A stretch of 64,000 bases of DNA, from positions 273,478-337,477 of the forward strand of contig CAXXXF010000018.1 in assembly GCA_963667175.2 (NCBI GenBank), in the 5' to 3' direction. The DNA is from Candidatus Latescibacterota bacterium (lineage in GTDB: Bacteria; Latescibacterota; UBA2968; GCA-2709665). This document shows, one piece after another, positions 60,480 through 64,000 of the stretch. The notes below the pieces were generated by a model. The model was not told where the DNA came from and did no database searches. It was given only the letters and a program-made list of their open reading frames with translations. The translations under genes were made by a program, and so were the position numbers. How positions within the stretch are numbered: the stretch's first letter is position 1; every line of letters starts with the position of its first letter.

Positions 60480-61415
60480 TTACTGCCTGCTTGCGCCGAT
60501 ACTCTCGAGGACGTCGATGGGCATTTTGCAGACCATCGTGTACGCGGGGTCGTAGACGTTGCCAACGTCGTATTCCACGGCCTGGCCCATGAGGACGTGG
60601 ATGGACCGGGCATCCAGGCCGTAGTCTTCCTGGAGGAACCGGATCAATTCGGTGGTGGCGTGTTGGGTTGCCTGGTCCAACGGGCGGGCGTTGCCCACGG
60701 CCATCACGTGGGTGTCGTTGATCGCCCTGGGCCAGTGGATGGTTTTGCCCTTCAGCAGGCGCAGCGTGAAGGTGACGTCGAAGGAGATTTCGATACCCGT
60801 GCCCGCGATTTCGCCGTCGCCCTGAACCGCGTGGCCGTCGCCGACGTGGAACAGCCCGCCGTCGACGAAAACGGGGAAGTACACGGTGACGCCCTGGACG
60901 AATTCCCGGTAGTCCATGTTGCCGCCGTGCGTATCGGAAGTGGCGGTGGAGATGGCCTGGCCGCGGGGCGGCGCCACGCCGAAGCAGCCCACCATCGGTT
61001 TCAGAGGGATCCGGAGCCTGCCGATGGGGAGGTGGTCGAAGCCGATGGGCGTGGCGGTGTTGTTGTCGAAGTCGATTTCCCAATCCAGGAGGCGGCCGCG
61101 GTCGTCGTCGAATTCGGGTGTGTACCCGAAATCCAGCACGTTGGCGGCGACAATGCCCGACGTGTATCCGACGTTGCGGTTGGGCGCCAGTTTGTCGAAG
61201 GTAACGGCCAGCGTGTCGCCCGGTTCCGCGCCCTCGAGGTAGAAGGGTCCCGTCTGGGGATTTCCCGCCGGCGTGATCGGTTGGCCCGAGGCGTCGCTTC
61301 CGCCGGCGTCGACGGTGGTGGTTGAAATGGTGTCGCCGCTGGCGACGCGCAGCACGGGCTCGTGTGCGCCGATGGCCGTATGGTACGTTTCAGGGACGAA
61401 GTGATGGTGAGCCAT
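60480..61415 (-). CDS. Acetamidase/formamidase family protein
   Basis: NPQTGPFY.EGAEPGD, PMVG, HGGNMD, GDGHAVQGDGE. Confidence 0.9.
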   Translation of the reverse strand: MAHHHFVPETYHTAIGAHEPVLRVASGDTISTTTVDAGGSDASGQPITPAGNPQTGPFYLEGAEPGDTLAVTFDKLAPNRNVGYTSGIVAANVLDFGYTPEFDDDRGRLLDWEIDFDNNTATPIGFDHLPIGRLRIPLKPMVGCFGVAPPRGQAISTATSDTHGGNMDYREFVQGVTVYFPVFVDGGLFHVGDGHAVQGDGEIAGTGIEISFDVTFTLRLLKGKTIHWPRAINDTHVMAVGNARPLDQATQHATTELIRFLQEDYGLDARSIHVLMGQAVEYDVGNVYDPAYTMVCKMPIDVLESIGASRQ

Positions 61416-61506
61416 GGGTACTCCTCTAAAGAAAGTGCGGGTGCGCAGGCCGTGCGATCGTCGGTTCCCGGCGCCCGCCGGCGGGCGCCCGGTTTCGGTG
61501 GTTTCG

Positions 61507-62430
61507 TTACCTGGGTACCGCAATCATGCGGATATTTGAGGGTGCTTCCCACACGGACGTCCAGGAGAGGCCTCGATCCTGGCTGCCGAACAGGGTATCG
61601 CCAACGGCCGACCAGGCGCCGCCGTCGGGCGTGAAACCAATCTGGAAGGTATCGATGTTGCCTCTCGTGGTTTCGGGGAAGCCGTCGGTGACGTGCGACC
61701 AGGCGCGCCCGCCGTTATCGGTACGGTAGAGCTGACCCTGGGCGTCACCGTGGGGCCCGGTGCTGACGGAGGCAAGAAGGCATTCCGGTTCCTCAGGATG
61801 CACGGCGATGGCCCGGCCGTAGAAATACGGGAACCCCTCAGGCCGGTGAGCCCATGACGTCCCGCGGTCGTGGCTGACGTATACGGCCCGGGCGGTGTTC
61901 GCGTAGACCCGGTCGTCTTCCCGGGGCGAGGTGGCCACCTGATGTACGTCCTGGTGCAGGTCCGGCGTGACGGGTTCCCAGGCGCCGCCCCGGTCGGGCG
62001 AACGCATGATGCTGCCCACGTGAATGTCGGCGTAGACCCAGCCGTCCCCTGTGGAGGCCATGCTCCGGACGGCCGCGGGGCCGCCCCAGGGCGTGTACCA
62101 GTCATCGCGGCATTCGAGGGCGTCGAAGGCGTCCAGACGCTCGGTCCCGCCGTCCGTCACGGCGTAAACGTGGGGCGCCTCCACGCCCACGAGGAAGCGC
62201 AGCGGTTCTTCTTCCAGGATGAGAAGGCACTCGATAGGGTCTTCAATGCCCGTGGCGAGAATCCGCGCGCCGTTTTGCGAAAGGACGGCGACCGACCCGT
62301 CCTCCCGGGCGGCGAGGCCGATGGACATCCCTTCCACAATCGCCTGGACGCCAACGGCTTCCAGAACCGTATGCGGTTCGGTGCGTCCGCCGTTCAGTGC
62401 GTATACGACTTCTCGGGTCGCGATCAGCAT
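61507..62430 (-). CDS. BNR/Asp-box repeat beta-propeller protein
   Basis: RSPDRGGAW, VSHDRGTSW, RTDNGGRAW, SQDRGLSW. Confidence 0.8.
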   Translation of the reverse strand: MLIATREVVYALNGGRTEPHTVLEAVGVQAIVEGMSIGLAAREDGSVAVLSQNGARILATGIEDPIECLLILEEEPLRFLVGVEAPHVYAVTDGGTERLDAFDALECRDDWYTPWGGPAAVRSMASTGDGWVYADIHVGSIMRSPDRGGAWEPVTPDLHQDVHQVATSPREDDRVYANTARAVYVSHDRGTSWAHRPEGFPYFYGRAIAVHPEEPECLLASVSTGPHGDAQGQLYRTDNGGRAWSHVTDGFPETTRGNIDTFQIGFTPDGGAWSAVGDTLFGSQDRGLSWTSVWEAPSNIRMIAVPR

Positions 62431-62511
62431 ATCGACTCCTCTCCCGCGATGGGTCGTCCGGCCGGATGCGGCACGCGCCGGAATCCGTGATTTCGATTGC
62501 GAAACGGGGCA

Positions 62512-63576
62512 TCAGAAGTAACGGACGTCCCGGCCGCCGTCCGGCAACGGCAGGTCGACCGCCCGGTGTTCGTCCGCGGCGCGATTCCAGGCCAGGCAGA
62601 GTTCCAGCACGTTGCGCGCGTGTTCCGGGGTCACGTCGAGTGGATGACCGTCGCGGACGGAGCGGACGAAGCGTTCGACCGCGGCGTCGATGGTGTCGTT
62701 CTGAGCGCGGTAGAACACGCGGGGAGCGCCGTCGTCGTCTTTGTGCCACACAATGCCTTCCATGACGTCCAGATGCGCACGGGCAACACCGTCGGCGCCG
62801 ACCACTTCCATTTCCCAGGCCGGGGCGCCGCAGGAAACGTTGAAGATGATGTCCATGGATCCCATTCGACCGTCTTCGAACCGGACGGTGCCCTTGCCGG
62901 TATCCATCCAGATGCTGTGAGGCGTGGCCAGGTTGTCGTATTCGGCATAGGCGCGTACGGCGGGTGAATCGATGAGCCAGAGCAGCAGGTCCGCGGCGTA
63001 GACCCCCAGTGAAAGCCCGATGCCGCCCTGTCCGGGGCCGAATTCACCGCTGCCTTCGAAGACCGTTCCCGGCCCGAAGCAGCCGTGTTGAATCCATGCC
63101 CGTGACGTGATGACGCGTCCGACGGCCCCGTCCCGCACCCGGGTCGCCATCGCGCGGATGGCGCCGTCTTCGCGTCCGGGCAGCAGGGCGGAAAGCAGCA
63201 CGTCGTTTCGGCGTGCCGCGGCGACCATGGCGTCCGCGCCACCGAGGGTCATACACATCGGTTTGCTGACGAAGGCGTGGGCGCCCGCGTCCGCCGCGCT
63301 GGCTGCGTGCCGCGGCTTCAGCCTGTCCTCGCACGTCACGAAAACGAGGTCGATCGACTCGGCGCGGACCATCTCCGGCACCGTGGCATACGCCCGGATG
63401 CCGTAAAGGGCGCCGAACGCCTCCCTGGACTTCATGCCGAGTCTGCCAAGGGTTTCGTCGCTCTGGTCCAGATGCGCGAACGCCGCCAGGTCGACGTCCG
63501 GATTTCGCATCGCGGTCCGGGCAAACGCGTTCGAATAGTAGGATCCGATGCCGCACACGCCGGCTCTCAGCGCCAT
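62512..63576 (-). CDS. Gfo/Idh/MocA family oxidoreductase
   Basis: GVCGIG, IDLVFV, GAHAFVSKPM, AVGRV. Confidence 0.85.
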   Translation of the reverse strand: MALRAGVCGIGSYYSNAFARTAMRNPDVDLAAFAHLDQSDETLGRLGMKSREAFGALYGIRAYATVPEMVRAESIDLVFVTCEDRLKPRHAASAADAGAHAFVSKPMCMTLGGADAMVAAARRNDVLLSALLPGREDGAIRAMATRVRDGAVGRVITSRAWIQHGCFGPGTVFEGSGEFGPGQGGIGLSLGVYAADLLLWLIDSPAVRAYAEYDNLATPHSIWMDTGKGTVRFEDGRMGSMDIIFNVSCGAPAWEMEVVGADGVARAHLDVMEGIVWHKDDDGAPRVFYRAQNDTIDAAVERFVRSVRDGHPLDVTPEHARNVLELCLAWNRAADEHRAVDLPLPDGGRDVRYF

Positions 63577-63818
63577 GGGTACGATCTCCCCGTTCCTGAT
63601 AACGAGCGGCGGTGAATCGCGGGTCAACCCGCCGGTCGTCCGGTCCCTCTCCGCACGGCCGTTCGCGCGGGTATTCTATGGTAAAATCAGCGGCATTGTC
63701 AAGCGCAATCGTTCACGCATGCGGTCTGGCGCGGGCGCGTGCCGCGCCTGTATGGAACGGCGCCCCGGTGTCGGAAAATGAAGGAGTTCCGTCCGGTAAA
63801 CCGGTGACGGGAGGCTGA

Positions 63819-64000
63819 ATGAACGAAGTTGAAACGGGGATTCGGCTGGAGACAGCGGATGACGCGCGGTTGCGCGCGGACCCATCGCCGGCCGACGCGG
63901 ATATCGACGAACGACTGTGCGAGATCCGAGAGCTTTTTTCGCAGGAGGCGTCCCTCTCCACGGATACCCTGGCGCGGTACGGACGCGCCTGGACGCGCAG
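63819..64000 (+). CDS. 5' fragment of a hypothetical gene running off the right edge
   Basis: GGAGG RBS, ATG 63819, open frame MNEVETGIRLETADD... to the window end. Confidence 0.5.
   Translation, partial: MNEVETGIRLETADDARLRADPSPADADIDERLCEIRELFSQEASLSTDTLARYGRAWTR

Noticed and set aside
59068-61083. 671-aa extended bioA (and 315-aa extended bioD) suggesting fusions
   Set aside because: The extensions are off-frame overlaps of upstream genes; the real starts are 60438 and 59047.

Overview
High-GC bacterial chromosomal window. Contents from left to right: (1) a very large STAND-like ATPase gene running off the left edge (>1488 codons, absent from the ORF track); (2) an ORF-less group II intron (4906-5667); (3) LarA-like, Fe-ADH, AIR-synthase-like, kinase-like, DUF362 and UbiA genes, three of them broken by clustered frameshifts that are probably sequence errors; (4) a long minus-strand run yceD-rpmF-fabH-fabD-fabG-acpP-fabF-rnc with no plsX, followed by a lipoate-ligase-like gene, a GlmL-like ATPase and membrane-protein module interleaved with an Opp-type ABC transporter, and a peptidase/beta-propeller/beta-barrel protein; (5) two nucleases, ndk, a penicillin acylase, two paralogous membrane proteins, a complete RT-encoding group II intron (47242-49217) and an orphan DNA methyltransferase; (6) a four-gene plus-strand cluster (51799-58318) encoding a fatty acyl reductase, a divergent acyltransferase, an alkyl-DHAP synthase and a DHRS7B/PexRAP-like reductase, which matches the eukaryotic peroxisomal ether-lipid pathway step for step; (7) bioD/bioA and catabolic genes. 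The strongest candidate for a new system is the ether-lipid cluster. The intron pair, with covarying target-pairing bases and an empty target site in the window, and the GlmL/DUF6754/Opp module come next. All family calls come from motifs read by eye; no searches were run.
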